Shown here piece by piece: positions 42,974 through 53,418 of a stretch of DNA of 64,000 bases (its first letter is position 1; each line of letters begins with the position of its first letter). Source of the DNA: Candidatus Delongbacteria bacterium (GTDB taxonomy: Bacteria > UBA4055); NCBI GenBank assembly GCA_016937995.1, contig JAFGVM010000024.1, positions 309 to 64,308 of the forward strand, given 5' to 3'. Both the position numbers and the translations under genes were made by a program. The notes under the pieces were generated by a model. It worked only from the letters and a program-made list of their open reading frames with translations, was not told the DNA's origin and did no database searches.

Positions 42974-43885
42974 TTATTGCGGTCTTGTTTTATATCTTTT
43001 ATGGATCCACCAGTATTGTGTTGGATCCTTTTTTATTTCAACTTCTATCATCTTTGTGTACCTGGTGACAAGTCTAAGTACTTTTTCATCTTTATCAATA
43101 TCCATATTTAAAATATCATCATACTTGACTTCAATAAAGTAATTATCATGCTTTGTAAGATCATCCTTCCTTCTTCTGGTTACCGCAAGTAACATGGGAA
43201 GTGAATATTTTATGGCCAGAACCGCAGGATTCTGATGAGTTGAGGCAAGTTTACCGAAAAATGGAACGAACATACCTTTTCTTCCTGCATTCTGATCGGA
43301 TAGAAGTGCTATAAAATATTTTTCTTTGATCGCTTTTATCAGAGTTCTCATTTCTTTTCTATGTATGACCAAGAAACCTGAATTCTTTCTTGGAATATCA
43401 ATTAATTCCTCTGTTAATTTGTTCTTCTGATTTGCAACAACAACAGCTGAGAGCAGACCTATACATGTTCCGTAATGTGCCCCACCTTCAAAGAATCCGT
43501 AATGACCTCCCACAACAATACACGATCTGTCAGTTTTAAGGACTTTATCCACATTTTCTCTACTTTGTTCATCCGTCAAAATATTTTTTAACTTTTCTTC
43601 TTTGGAAAGGTACATATATTTATAACTTTCGAACATGCTCATAAGTATCTGCTGATACATTTCATTTCTTATCTTTTTTTTAGATAAAATATCCATTTCA
43701 GGATAAGCAGTGGTAAGATTATCCAAAACCACTTTGTCTCTGACCTTATACAGAAAAGTTATCATCACAGCTAAATATTTTGCACTAAATACAACTAATT
43801 TTAAAGGTAATACTCTTATCATCCACTGAAATATAAGCATTACATAATATTCAAAATAATGAGAGGTTCTATACTTCATATTCAC
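42974..43885 (-). CDS. Lipid A biosynthesis (LpxL/HtrB-type) lysophospholipid acyltransferase
   Basis: N-terminal TM anchor. GGHYGFFEG is an HxxxxE catalytic motif. Contains LLSDQNAG. Confidence 0.7.
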   Translation of the reverse strand: MNMKYRTSHYFEYYVMLIFQWMIRVLPLKLVVFSAKYLAVMITFLYKVRDKVVLDNLTTAYPEMDILSKKKIRNEMYQQILMSMFESYKYMYLSKEEKLKNILTDEQSRENVDKVLKTDRSCIVVGGHYGFFEGGAHYGTCIGLLSAVVVANQKNKLTEELIDIPRKNSGFLVIHRKEMRTLIKAIKEKYFIALLSDQNAGRKGMFVPFFGKLASTHQNPAVLAIKYSLPMLLAVTRRRKDDLTKHDNYFIEVKYDDILNMDIDKDEKVLRLVTRYTKMIEVEIKKDPTQYWWIHKRYKTRPQ

Positions 43886-43888
43886 CTA

Positions 43889-43920
43889 TAAACAAAGAGA
43901 GCAGGTCGTTACCTGCTCTC
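43889..43920 (-). terminator. Terminator-like hairpin between gcvPA and the acyltransferase gene
   Basis: Minus strand reads GAGAGCAGGT-aacg-ACCTGCTCTC followed by TTTGTTT. Confidence 0.55.
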
Positions 43921-43928
43921 CTTAATCC

Positions 43929-45275
43929 TTAAAGTCCGTTCGACACTTCTTTTAAATATTTAACATAATCATCAATTTCTTCTTTGCTTCTTTTTTCAGT
44001 AACAGCGACCAGAAATTCATCATTGTTCATTTTGAAATCCTCTAGAGGGATTCCTGCAAAGATACCTTTTTCCACCATCTGAGCCATCAGTTTTTTAACC
44101 GGGAATTTTGTCTTGACTACAAATTCTTTAAAGAAAGGCTTCTTATATTTAATTTCAAAACCATCCACCTTCGCTATCTCGTTTGCAAGATAATGACTTC
44201 TCCAGTAACAATTCTCAGCAACCTCTTTCAGACCTTCCTCACCCATTGTACTTAGGTAAATACCCGCTGTTAATGCACAAAGGGCCTGATTAGAACATAT
44301 ATTTGAGGTAGCTTTATCTCTTCTGATATGCTGCTCTCTGGTTTGCATTGTCAGAACAAATCCTCTTTTACCATCGGTATCTTCAGTAACACCTACAACT
44401 CTTCCAGGTATTTTTCTCATAAGTTGCTTTGTAGTGGCAAATATGCCTAAGTAAGGACCTCCAAAACCCTGAGGCAGACCCAAACTTTGTCCCTCTGCAA
44501 CAACTATATCTGCACCATATTTACCCGGATTTTTGAATAATCCGATACTAATAGGATCAATGGATACAATTAATATCGCTTTATGTGAATGAACAAGATC
44601 AGCAAGACCTTCCATGTCTTCCAGATTACCATAAAAATTAGGTGTCTGAACGATCACACAAGCAGTTGTATCATCGATCTTATTTTCATAACTTTTCAAG
44701 AGAACAGTTCCCTCGTTCTCTTCTACGAATTCTATCTTATAATCCATTGAACTTGTAAAAGTTTTAACAACCTCAATATTGGCTGGGTTTACTGTGGATG
44801 CGATCAATATTTTGGTTCTTTTTGTTTGTCTGCAAGCTAATATAGCAGCTTCAGCCATTGAAGAAGCTCCATCATACATTGATGCGTTGCTAACATCCAT
44901 ACCGGTAAGGTTACAGATCATTGTCTGATATTCATAGATCGATTGAAGTGTTCCCTGACTAACTTCAGCCTGATAAGGTGTATAGGCTGTTTGGAATTCA
45001 GGACGACCTGCAATTGTACCTGTTATTGACGGAATGTAATGATCGTAAGATCCACCACCAAGATACGAAGTAATATTTGCAGTATTTAAATTTTTACCGA
45101 CTAACCTCCGCATTTCCTTTGTGATCTCATATTCACTTATACCATCAGGTAAATTGATCTTACACTCTTTTTTAAATTCTTCAGGGATATCCTTAAGTAG
45201 ATCGTTAAAATTTGAAACTCCGATAGCTTCGAGCATTTCTTTTCTGTCTTTGTCTGTGTTTGAAATATATGGCAT
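43929..45275 (-). CDS. gcvPA: Glycine dehydrogenase (decarboxylating) subunit 1
   Basis: Contains MPYISNTDKDRKEMLEAIGV...FQTAYTPYQAEVSQGTLQ. 448 aa. Confidence 0.9.
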   Translation of the reverse strand: MPYISNTDKDRKEMLEAIGVSNFNDLLKDIPEEFKKECKINLPDGISEYEITKEMRRLVGKNLNTANITSYLGGGSYDHYIPSITGTIAGRPEFQTAYTPYQAEVSQGTLQSIYEYQTMICNLTGMDVSNASMYDGASSMAEAAILACRQTKRTKILIASTVNPANIEVVKTFTSSMDYKIEFVEENEGTVLLKSYENKIDDTTACVIVQTPNFYGNLEDMEGLADLVHSHKAILIVSIDPISIGLFKNPGKYGADIVVAEGQSLGLPQGFGGPYLGIFATTKQLMRKIPGRVVGVTEDTDGKRGFVLTMQTREQHIRRDKATSNICSNQALCALTAGIYLSTMGEEGLKEVAENCYWRSHYLANEIAKVDGFEIKYKKPFFKEFVVKTKFPVKKLMAQMVEKGIFAGIPLEDFKMNNDEFLVAVTEKRSKEEIDDYVKYLKEVSNGL

Positions 45276-45303
45276 TTCTATTACCTGCTTTATGAATTTT
45301 AGA

Positions 45304-45681
45304 CTATCCTATTTTTTCTTCGTAAGCATCTGCTTTCAACAACCCTTCAAGTTCAGAAGTATCAGAAAGTTTGATCTTTACGATCCAACCACCTTCGTAA
45401 CAGTCACTGTTCACTAATTCAGGACTGTCTTCAAGATTTTCATTGATCTCAACAATTTCTCCCGAAACAGGAGAATAAATATCAGAGGCAGCTTTTACTG
45501 CTTCGATAACTCCAATGCTGTCACCTTTTGAAAAAGTATCTCCTACTGCAGGAAGTTCAACGTAAGTAATATCACCTAATTGCTCCTGAGCATATTCTGT
45601 AACTCCGATTACTGCAACATCACCTTCAACTTTACAATATTCATGATCCTCAGTGTAAAGAAGTCCCTGTGGAAAATTCAT
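45304..45681 (-). CDS. gcvH: Glycine cleavage system H protein
   Basis: The lipoyl-Lys motif is in [17 protein letters not shown]. Also contains YTEDHEY and GDITYVELP. Confidence 0.9.
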   Translation of the reverse strand: MNFPQGLLYTEDHEYCKVEGDVAVIGVTEYAQEQLGDITYVELPAVGDTFSKGDSIGVIEAVKAASDIYSPVSGEIVEINENLEDSPELVNSDCYEGGWIVKIKLSDTSELEGLLKADAYEEKIG

Positions 45682-45709
45682 TTTTTACTCCTTAAAAATT
45701 AATTTATTA

Positions 45710-46837
45710 TTACTTTGAACCGTAATCACCTAATTCATAGTTATTACCGTCTGACGAATCAAGACCCTTTAATCTTCTTTCAAAATCGGTTGGTGTTGAA
45801 GATGCTTTCAAAGCTTCTTCATAGGATATTAATCCCTTGTCATACAATCTGAATACACTCTGATCGAAAGTATGCATTCCATAAATTGTTTCACCTTTTT
45901 CAATGGACATTTTAATGTCTGCTGCTTTTTCAGGATCGATTATAGCTTCTTTGATAGTTTCATTTGTTATCAATATTTCTGTTGCAGGAACACGGCCGTC
46001 ACCATCTCTTGTCTGGATCAATCTTTGAGAAACGATCGCTTTTAATGTTACTGCTAAAAGATTTCTGATCTCATTCTGAAGATCACCCGGGAAGAATGAT
46101 AGTATCCTGCCAATGGTTTGAGCAGCATCAGTTGTGTGTAAAGTTGTAAATACCAGGTGACCGGTATTTGCAGCTCTTATAGCTGTATACATACTTTCAC
46201 TGTCCCTTATCTCACCGATCATAATGATATCAGGGTCCTGTCTTAGCAAATATCTTAATGAACCTTCATATGATTCTGTATCACTTCCAACTTCTCTCTG
46301 ATGGATAATTGATTTATTATCTCTGAATAAAAACTCGATCGGATCTTCAATAGTTATAATATTTGCTCTTTTATTCTGGTTGACATATTCCAGCATGGCA
46401 GCAATAGTTGTGGATTTACCGGATCCAACCGTTCCTGTTACTATGACCAGACCTCTCTGGTTCATAGACACTTTTTTCAATACATCAGGTAAATGTAATT
46501 CATCTATGGTCTTAATGTCAAAAGGTATAGCCCTGATAGCGATTGCAATAGTACCTCTTTGCTTATAAACATTTACTCTGAATCGTCCAACTCCTTTTAC
46601 ACCGAATCCGAAATCGACCTCTTTCTTTTCTGCAAAAACCAACTTTTCCTTTTTACCCATAAGTTCATTTGCGATCGTGATCATTTCATCCATATTGACT
46701 GATTCCTCACCCCAGTCAATAAGTTCACTGTTAACTCTGAAGATAGGCTTGATACCAACCTTTAAATGAATATCAGATCCACCATTTTCTAAAAGTGCTG
46801 CGAACATTCTATTAAGATCTATCATATGGACTCCCAA
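45710..46837 (-). CDS. pilT: Type IV pilus twitching-motility ATPase PilT
   Basis: Contains GGSDIHL, GTVGSGKSTT, IITIEDPIEF, LRQDPDIIMIGEIRD and LVFTTLHT. The likely start is at 46825. Confidence 0.85.
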   Translation of the reverse strand: MGVHMIDLNRMFAALLENGGSDIHLKVGIKPIFRVNSELIDWGEESVNMDEMITIANELMGKKEKLVFAEKKEVDFGFGVKGVGRFRVNVYKQRGTIAIAIRAIPFDIKTIDELHLPDVLKKVSMNQRGLVIVTGTVGSGKSTTIAAMLEYVNQNKRANIITIEDPIEFLFRDNKSIIHQREVGSDTESYEGSLRYLLRQDPDIIMIGEIRDSESMYTAIRAANTGHLVFTTLHTTDAAQTIGRILSFFPGDLQNEIRNLLAVTLKAIVSQRLIQTRDGDGRVPATEILITNETIKEAIIDPEKAADIKMSIEKGETIYGMHTFDQSVFRLYDKGLISYEEALKASSTPTDFERRLKGLDSSDGNNYELGDYGSK

Positions 46838-46923
46838 TAAGGTTATTACTTAGAATACTGAATATAAATTCATATTAAACATTAATCAATGATATTTTAT
46901 TAAATTATGCACATAGTTAAAAT

Positions 46924-46950
46924 AAAAAAAAGAGCACTTTTTGTGCTCTT
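46924..46950 (-). terminator. Rho-independent terminator
   Basis: Minus strand reads AGAGCAC-aaaaa-GTGCTCT followed by TTTTTTTT. Confidence 0.8.
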
Positions 46951-47005
46951 AAATTCCACAATTGAACAATTAAAGATCTATGATTCTGAATTTATACTCC
47001 CGTTT

Positions 47006-48172
47006 TTAGAAGTCATATATTTTTACAGAGTTTGATTCCGTATCTGTTGAATAGATTCTGTTACCTTTGATCTGGATCATTCCTGTGATCATATTTCCTT
47101 CTGAATCCCTAAGTTCGATAGTATTCTGATATATTCCATCTTTAAATATTTCAAGCTTAACAAGTTCGATATCGTCACCATCTTTGATCTCCTGTGCTTT
47201 TGCCACCCATAACCTTCCTGCGCCATCAAAATACATACCGCTTATAACTTTTTTATAGGTTTCCTCGAATTTTACATCTTTCATAAATTGTTTCACATTT
47301 TCATCACCAAATGACTGTATCCTTTCATTTGCCATCTCAAGTTCTTTCTCGGTATATTTAACTTTTCTGTAAGGAGAGTGTATCTTGTATTTTTCATTTC
47401 CTGACAGATCGTAAGCTACGATCTCAAAATCATCGAGCCCGCTTTTTGCGACGAATATTTCCCTGTCGTTAAAAGCAATTGACGGAAAATCGTTACCCAT
47501 TGTCATCATCTTTGACATATCTGTTGGATCAAAATCTATGTCTTTTCCCCAGATCTTTTTCTTCTCATCAAAATTATCGCTCAATATCTTCAATGAATTT
47601 TTCAGAATGATCTTTCCATCCTTTTGTTCTACCTGGGTAACATAGCTTAAAATATCATCCGATGTCATTACCACAGGCATTGTCATCATACCTATACCTT
47701 TTGACATGGTATTGACCTTTTCGATAAAATTGCCGTCTGTATCGAATACATTAACTGATTGTGTCATCGGATCTGGTACATAGACCTTATTTTTACCTGC
47801 AGCAAAACCAACATTGAACATACTGAATTCACCTGGGCCTTTGCCCTGCTTGCCGAATTTTGTTACGAGCTTACCTTCTGTGTTAAACTTTCTTATTGAA
47901 AAAGTTCCTGCATCACCTGCGTAAATACTTCCATCATCAGATACGCTGATCATCTGTAATCTCTGAAAATTCTCAGTGCTGTCTTCAGCGATATCATTAA
48001 TCGTGATAATCAGTTCAGGTATAATTTTCAGGTCCGGATCAGCAGGTTCCAACGTATTTTTAAATACTTCTGTTTCACTAGCAACTTTCTTATTTTCTGA
48101 ACTATTTTTGTTACCGTTACTGCAGCTCATAATAAAAGCTATTATGCTTATGACAATTACAATTCTCTTCAT
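47006..48172 (-). CDS. Beta-propeller lipoprotein (6-bladed/NHL-like family, hypothetical)
   Basis: Lipobox AFIMSCS. Contains FGKQGKGPGEF and repeated D..GN.Y blades. Paralog of 31711-32865. Confidence 0.6.
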   Translation of the reverse strand: MKRIVIVISIIAFIMSCSNGNKNSSENKKVASETEVFKNTLEPADPDLKIIPELIITINDIAEDSTENFQRLQMISVSDDGSIYAGDAGTFSIRKFNTEGKLVTKFGKQGKGPGEFSMFNVGFAAGKNKVYVPDPMTQSVNVFDTDGNFIEKVNTMSKGIGMMTMPVVMTSDDILSYVTQVEQKDGKIILKNSLKILSDNFDEKKKIWGKDIDFDPTDMSKMMTMGNDFPSIAFNDREIFVAKSGLDDFEIVAYDLSGNEKYKIHSPYRKVKYTEKELEMANERIQSFGDENVKQFMKDVKFEETYKKVISGMYFDGAGRLWVAKAQEIKDGDDIELVKLEIFKDGIYQNTIELRDSEGNMITGMIQIKGNRIYSTDTESNSVKIYDF

Positions 48173-48289
48173 TTTTTTCCCTGTTTTTTTTAGGCTTTCA
48201 ATAAGCTAATAATTCCCGCGTCACAAATCAAGATAATTATGTTTTAAGATCGTGTGTATATTTTATTGCACAGGTCAATAAAATATTAT

Positions 48290-48315
48290 AAAAAAAGGCA
48301 GAATGATCTCTGCCT
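48290..48315 (-). terminator. Rho-independent terminator
   Basis: Minus strand reads AGGCAGA-gatcat-TCTGCCT followed by TTTTTT. Confidence 0.75.
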
Positions 48316-48338
48316 TTTATCTTAAAAGTTTTCGTCAT

Positions 48339-49847
48339 CTACTCACTCAAAAGTTTGTTCACACTGTCAAGAAGAAGTTTTTTACCTCTGATGTTCTTGT
48401 ATCGAATAATTCCATTCTTATCAACAAGGAATGTTGAAGGAATACCTGAGACCTTGAAATTTGCAACATTAGGATCCTTCCATGCCTGACCACTATAAAT
48501 ATGCTTCCACATAATTTTATTTTCGGTAACGTATTTATCAGCATCCTCTTTTGCATTATCAAGGTTTACACCGATAACTTCAAACCCTTTTTCATTCAAT
48601 TCTGTATACACTTCTATAACATTCGGCATTTCCATTTTACAAGGGCCACACCATGCTGCCCAGAAGTCGATCAAATAAACTTTACCCGCAAAAAAATTCT
48701 CATCGTATTCTGTCGAGTCTAAAAGTGTACCTGCTAATGATGGAACCTTTTCACCAATGGTCGGTGCACTGTTCTCAATCTCTTTCAGCATGTTTATATA
48801 CTTCATTTCTTTGTAAAGATTTTCTGCAAAGATCGCTTCAGTAACTCTGTATGATAAATATCTGTCCCCGGATGAAACATTAACATACTTTTCCAAAGAG
48901 TTCAATCCCTGTTTGATATTACCTAAAGACACCTGTATCTTGGCATCAACATAATCTATCAACGGGTTTAACTCATTATTTGCTTTTGCCTGATCGATAT
49001 AGTTTATAGCCTTGTCCGGCAGATCAAGATCAACATAATACTCTGCTATATCAGAGTTAGTTAAAGCATCAGGATTGTTCTTCATAAAAGTTTCCATCAG
49101 ATCCTGAGCTTTTACCTTGTCCTCTTTTTCAATATAATAACTGAAAAGAGCTGCAAAAGCATTGGTATTTGCAGGATTTTTTACAAGAATAATGCCGTTC
49201 AGCAAAGCAGATTCTTCCGGTTTGTTAAGCATCTTGAAAAGATAGCTTAAAATATCAAAACTGTAATTGTTAGTAGGGTCTTTGATTATTGACAGATATA
49301 TAAGTTTTGCAGGTTTGAAAAGGTCATCTTTCTGACCGTCAAGATAGATCATTGCAAGACCTAAATAGTTGTAAGCGTTCTCTTTGTCCTTCTTTAACTC
49401 ACTTACGAAATAATCTTTACCAAGATCAAAACCAAGGCTCATACCGTAAAGGTACTTATTGACAGCGTTCGTACTGTCTTTTTCGTAAGTTTCATTCGTA
49501 AATTTCTTTACTGCATCGTTACCCATTCTGCTCAAAAACTGAAGTTTTACTACTTTGAAAATATATGAGTCAGGATATTTTTCTAATAATGAGTCCAGGT
49601 CCTTATCAAGTTTTGCGTAGTCATCTTTGTAGCTTTCGAAGATAATCTGATCTTCGGGCACGACCATTAATTCTGTGTTTATTTTTGAAAGATCTATTTC
49701 GATATCACTAAGAAGTTTATCGATATACTGATCTGTTGTTAATGCAGACTCTTTTTTAGAACAACCGATTACCATTGTGATCAACAACAAAGTAACCAAC
49801 ATTCCTGTTAAAATATTTTTCATTTTTTCTCCGATTAATTTTTTCAT
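48339..49847 (-). CDS. TPR-domain lipoprotein fused to a TlpA-like thioredoxin (thiol:disulfide oxidoreductase)
   Basis: The C-terminal part has VYLIDFWAAWCGPCKMEMP (WCxxC). The N-terminal part has TPR-like repeats. The lipobox VIGCS favours the start at 49823. Confidence 0.8.
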   Translation of the reverse strand: MKKLIGEKMKNILTGMLVTLLLITMVIGCSKKESALTTDQYIDKLLSDIEIDLSKINTELMVVPEDQIIFESYKDDYAKLDKDLDSLLEKYPDSYIFKVVKLQFLSRMGNDAVKKFTNETYEKDSTNAVNKYLYGMSLGFDLGKDYFVSELKKDKENAYNYLGLAMIYLDGQKDDLFKPAKLIYLSIIKDPTNNYSFDILSYLFKMLNKPEESALLNGIILVKNPANTNAFAALFSYYIEKEDKVKAQDLMETFMKNNPDALTNSDIAEYYVDLDLPDKAINYIDQAKANNELNPLIDYVDAKIQVSLGNIKQGLNSLEKYVNVSSGDRYLSYRVTEAIFAENLYKEMKYINMLKEIENSAPTIGEKVPSLAGTLLDSTEYDENFFAGKVYLIDFWAAWCGPCKMEMPNVIEVYTELNEKGFEVIGVNLDNAKEDADKYVTENKIMWKHIYSGQAWKDPNVANFKVSGIPSTFLVDKNGIIRYKNIRGKKLLLDSVNKLLSE

Positions 49848-50030
49848 ATTGGCACAATATAAAACAACGTAGCGTATTATACAAAGGAAAAAGAAGTAAA
49901 TTAGTGGATAGTGCCCTTCTAAGACAAAAAAATAATTTTATGTTCTTGCCGCAATATTTCTTCTTTTTACCCTTTCTAATCACATATATATTATATATAT
50001 TCTCCTAATAATAAAACTAAGGGGGCAATT

Positions 50031-50186
50031 GTGTCTTATCGTAGAGAAACCATTAAAACTGGTATCAGCTTTGGTTCAGCTTTAGCTATCGCTATTTCGT
50101 TCACAGTTAATAAGTCGATATTATGGGCAATCCTTCACGGAATTTTCTCATGGTTCTATGTGATTTATTATGCGATAGTTTACTAA
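50031..50186 (+). CDS. Small 51-aa two-TM membrane protein, not in the ORF track
   Basis: GTG start 5 nt after AAGGGGG. Translation: MSYRRETIKTGISFGSALAIAISFTVNKSILWAILHGIFSWFYVIYYAIVY. It resembles small conserved 2-TM proteins, possibly Imm17-like, but the family is unverified. Confidence 0.55.
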   Translation: MSYRRETIKTGISFGSALAIAISFTVNKSILWAILHGIFSWFYVIYYAIVY

Positions 50187-50209
50187 CATAACCCAAGAAG
50201 AATCAGTCA

Positions 50210-52159
50210 ATGAAATTTATAAAATTTTTATCCGCTGTAATCTTATTAACAATAGTGTTTCTTTCCTGTACTCCAATGTCAGGAGAAAGACCTTTCTATA
50301 AAAAGAATGAATTAGAGATCCAGAACGATAAGTCCAATGATATTGTCAATCGGAACGGCCGGAACAGTATAGAGAAAGACCTTTTGCTTTCACTTAGGGA
50401 AGATCCTGAGAATCTTGATATCAAGAAAAAACTTGGACTGCTTTATTATAAAAAAAGCAATTATAAGACTTCCATGAAACTGTTCCAGTCAATTTTCAGT
50501 AAAGACAGTTCAGTATTCGATATAACATTGTCTCAGAAAAATTTTGACCATTACTATTGCTTCGTATCATCATTAATCAGACTGGGCAAGTATAATTCAG
50601 CAAGAAAATACCTTTTCAACAACTTGAACGTTGAGCTGTTGAACGAGGAGAACCTTGTAAAATATAACTTCCTTCTGATCGAACTGGATTATAAGACAGG
50701 TGCTTATTCAAATATTGCCGAGAGAATAAATTCGATACTATCAAAACAGTCTGTCAACAAAGACCTTAAACTCAACCTTTACTATATTCTTGCTGATTCA
50801 GAATTAAAAAGCAATAATCACTTACTCTCTCTAGACAACATTGATTACCTTATCGGGAACGATAAAAACGGTACTTATTTGAAGAAAGCAAAGAGGTTAC
50901 TTGACTCAATAGTCAGCAGTTCAACGGATTATTTTCTTAAAGTGTGGCAGGGCAGAATTACTGACACATACCGTCTGATAGCCTCAAAATCGGAAGCAAA
51001 TATTAGCTTTAAGAACAAAGTCATGAGAGCTATCAATATCCTGGAAAATTCTTCAGTTTCAGTAGAGACAAAGGTTGAAAATACTGACCGTTCACAACTT
51101 TCTAAGATCAGAATTTATACTGATAAAGATTACACAACGGTAATGTTCGCCTCCAATGATACAATTAACTATGTAAATCCTCCACATTTTGATGGTAAAA
51201 CTCTGACCTTAAAATTGAAGGATAAGGATATTTTCTCAGACAAGAAATCTATCACACCGCCTGAAGGTTCAGGAATAACAAAATTTACATGGACTGAAGA
51301 AAATAATTTGATCGTATTTAAGATCGAACTTTCCGAAAATTCTGAGATGAGCCTTGAACAACTTTCAGGTTATTTTGAAGAAAAAAAAGACGCAGATGAT
51401 AAATTCGCATTAAAATTAAGTATCAAACTTCCTGAGATGAACTATGCTGATGATCTTGATCCTGCATATCAGAACGATGACAGATATACAATAGTACTTG
51501 ATCCTGGACACGGTGGAGATGATTATGGGGCAATGGGTGTGCTAACTAAGGAAAACGGTGAAAAATATTCCGAGAAAGAAATGAACCTTATGCTTTGTCA
51601 GGAATTTAAAAAATATTTGGAAGCGAAAGGTTATCGGGTTTTCCTTACACGTGATAAAGATTATTATCCAAGTCTTCATGAAAGGAACAGGATCGCTCAG
51701 AACAGGAATGCTGATATGTTCCTGTCTATTCATTTAAACTCAGCGCATAAAAAATATAAGAAATACTGGCAGAGCGACCGTTATTACGGTTGTGAAATGA
51801 TCGTAAGGAATACCGAGGGTGTACAACCTCAATTTATAAATTTTGAAAATCTGAGTAAAAATGAATGGCAGAAGAAAAGGTCAAAAGCATTAAAAGAACA
51901 CAAAAGACTGTCAACTATTCTTAACAGAACTATCCCCGGAACACTTGATAAACCTTTTAACAAGCAGAGAAAAATAAAATACAAGAACCTGAGCATCTTC
52001 TCCGGAATGACAATACCCCATGCTTTGATAGAAACCGGATTTATAATAAATAACAAAACGGTGAAATATCTTTCATCAGAAAAAGGTCAGGAGAAACTGT
52101 TCCGTGGGATATTGAAGGGAATTGAGGAATACAGAAATACTTCCTTTGCTCAAAAGTAA
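50210..52159 (+). CDS. N-acetylmuramoyl-L-alanine amidase (Amidase_3) with N-terminal TPR/AMIN-like region
   Basis: Contains IVLDPGHGGDDYGA, FLSIHLNS and ALIETGFI. Confidence 0.8.
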   Translation: MKFIKFLSAVILLTIVFLSCTPMSGERPFYKKNELEIQNDKSNDIVNRNGRNSIEKDLLLSLREDPENLDIKKKLGLLYYKKSNYKTSMKLFQSIFSKDSSVFDITLSQKNFDHYYCFVSSLIRLGKYNSARKYLFNNLNVELLNEENLVKYNFLLIELDYKTGAYSNIAERINSILSKQSVNKDLKLNLYYILADSELKSNNHLLSLDNIDYLIGNDKNGTYLKKAKRLLDSIVSSSTDYFLKVWQGRITDTYRLIASKSEANISFKNKVMRAINILENSSVSVETKVENTDRSQLSKIRIYTDKDYTTVMFASNDTINYVNPPHFDGKTLTLKLKDKDIFSDKKSITPPEGSGITKFTWTEENNLIVFKIELSENSEMSLEQLSGYFEEKKDADDKFALKLSIKLPEMNYADDLDPAYQNDDRYTIVLDPGHGGDDYGAMGVLTKENGEKYSEKEMNLMLCQEFKKYLEAKGYRVFLTRDKDYYPSLHERNRIAQNRNADMFLSIHLNSAHKKYKKYWQSDRYYGCEMIVRNTEGVQPQFINFENLSKNEWQKKRSKALKEHKRLSTILNRTIPGTLDKPFNKQRKIKYKNLSIFSGMTIPHALIETGFIINNKTVKYLSSEKGQEKLFRGILKGIEEYRNTSFAQK

Positions 52160-52169
52160 TTTAATATTT

Positions 52170-53411
52170 ATGAAAAGTGCTATAATAATAAATATCGGGG
52201 ATGAACTTCTTTCTGGTCATACAGTTAACACCAATGCTTCCTTCATCAGTCTGAAATTATATAATGCCGGTATTATCACTTCTGAGATAAGGGTCCTACC
52301 TGATACTGAGGATGCTTTATTAGACATTATAGCTGAGGTTGTTGGAAATTTCTCAACAATAATAATAAGCGGAGGACTTGGTCCGACCCATGATGATAAG
52401 ACTAAGAGCATTCTTTGTAAATTTTTTGGATCTGAATTAAAATTCAATGATGAAATTTGGGACAATATACGATCTTTGTTCGCCAACAGAAATATCAAGA
52501 TATCAGAGATAAATAAGGAACAGGCATTATTCCCACACAACGCAAAACCGCTAAATAATATTTACGGAACAGCTCCGGGTATTCATTACTCTGCTAAGGG
52601 TTCAGAAATCTTCGCACTGCCTGGAGTACCGACTGAGATGAAAGCAATGATAACCGGTCATGTACTCCCTTTTTTGGTTAAGAGCAACAAGAATTATATA
52701 GTTTTCAGGGATATCAATACATACAACATTCCGGAAAGCACCCTTTACGAAATATTGTCGTCATACAAGGAATTCCCTTTCGGTACTGAGATCGCATTTC
52801 TGCCTAAAGGATATGGAGTTACCGTACGGATCAAAGCAATGGGAACCGATAAAGAACTCATTACTCACAAAGTTGATTCCGCAGTTAAAATAATTTCTTC
52901 AAGGATAGGCAACAATATAATTGGCTATAATATCGAAGAACCTGCATTAAGAGTTTATGAAATTTTGTCGGAAAGAGCTTTGACTATCAGTTTTGCTGAA
53001 AGCTGTACCGGCGGTCTGGTTTCTAAAAAGATCACTGACATACCAGGATCAAGCAGAGTTTTCAAAGAAGGTTTTATAACATATTCAAACGACAGTAAAT
53101 TCAAACAATTATCAGTTAATCCGGTTACTCTATCCCAGAATGGAGCGGTCAGTTATGAAACTGTGGATGAAATGCTTGACGGCTTACTTGCTGTGACCGA
53201 AGCAGATATTGTTTGTGCAATTTCAGGTATAGCCGGTCCGGATGGAGGAACTCCTGAGAAACCGGTGGGTACAATCTATATCGGTTGTGCTCTTAGAAAG
53301 AATAATAAAAGAACTGTTAAACTTCATTCTGTTCTTGGTGACAGAATGTCCATCAGGGAAAGATCAGCAAATAAATTGTTCATACAGGTAATAGAACTGC
53401 TAACAAAATAA
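52170..53411 (+). CDS. cinA: CinA family protein (MoCF-binding domain plus PncC-type nicotinamide-nucleotide amidase)
   Basis: Contains AIIINIGDELLSGHTVNTNA, ISGGLGPTHDD and FAESCTGG...ISGIAGPDGG. I chose the ATG at 52170. Confidence 0.85.
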   Translation: MKSAIIINIGDELLSGHTVNTNASFISLKLYNAGIITSEIRVLPDTEDALLDIIAEVVGNFSTIIISGGLGPTHDDKTKSILCKFFGSELKFNDEIWDNIRSLFANRNIKISEINKEQALFPHNAKPLNNIYGTAPGIHYSAKGSEIFALPGVPTEMKAMITGHVLPFLVKSNKNYIVFRDINTYNIPESTLYEILSSYKEFPFGTEIAFLPKGYGVTVRIKAMGTDKELITHKVDSAVKIISSRIGNNIIGYNIEEPALRVYEILSERALTISFAESCTGGLVSKKITDIPGSSRVFKEGFITYSNDSKFKQLSVNPVTLSQNGAVSYETVDEMLDGLLAVTEADIVCAISGIAGPDGGTPEKPVGTIYIGCALRKNNKRTVKLHSVLGDRMSIRERSANKLFIQVIELLTK

Positions 53412-53418
53412 GAGTATT

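Noticed and set aside
45682-45709. Glycine riboswitch upstream of gcvH
   Set aside because: The spacer is only 28 nt, which is too short.
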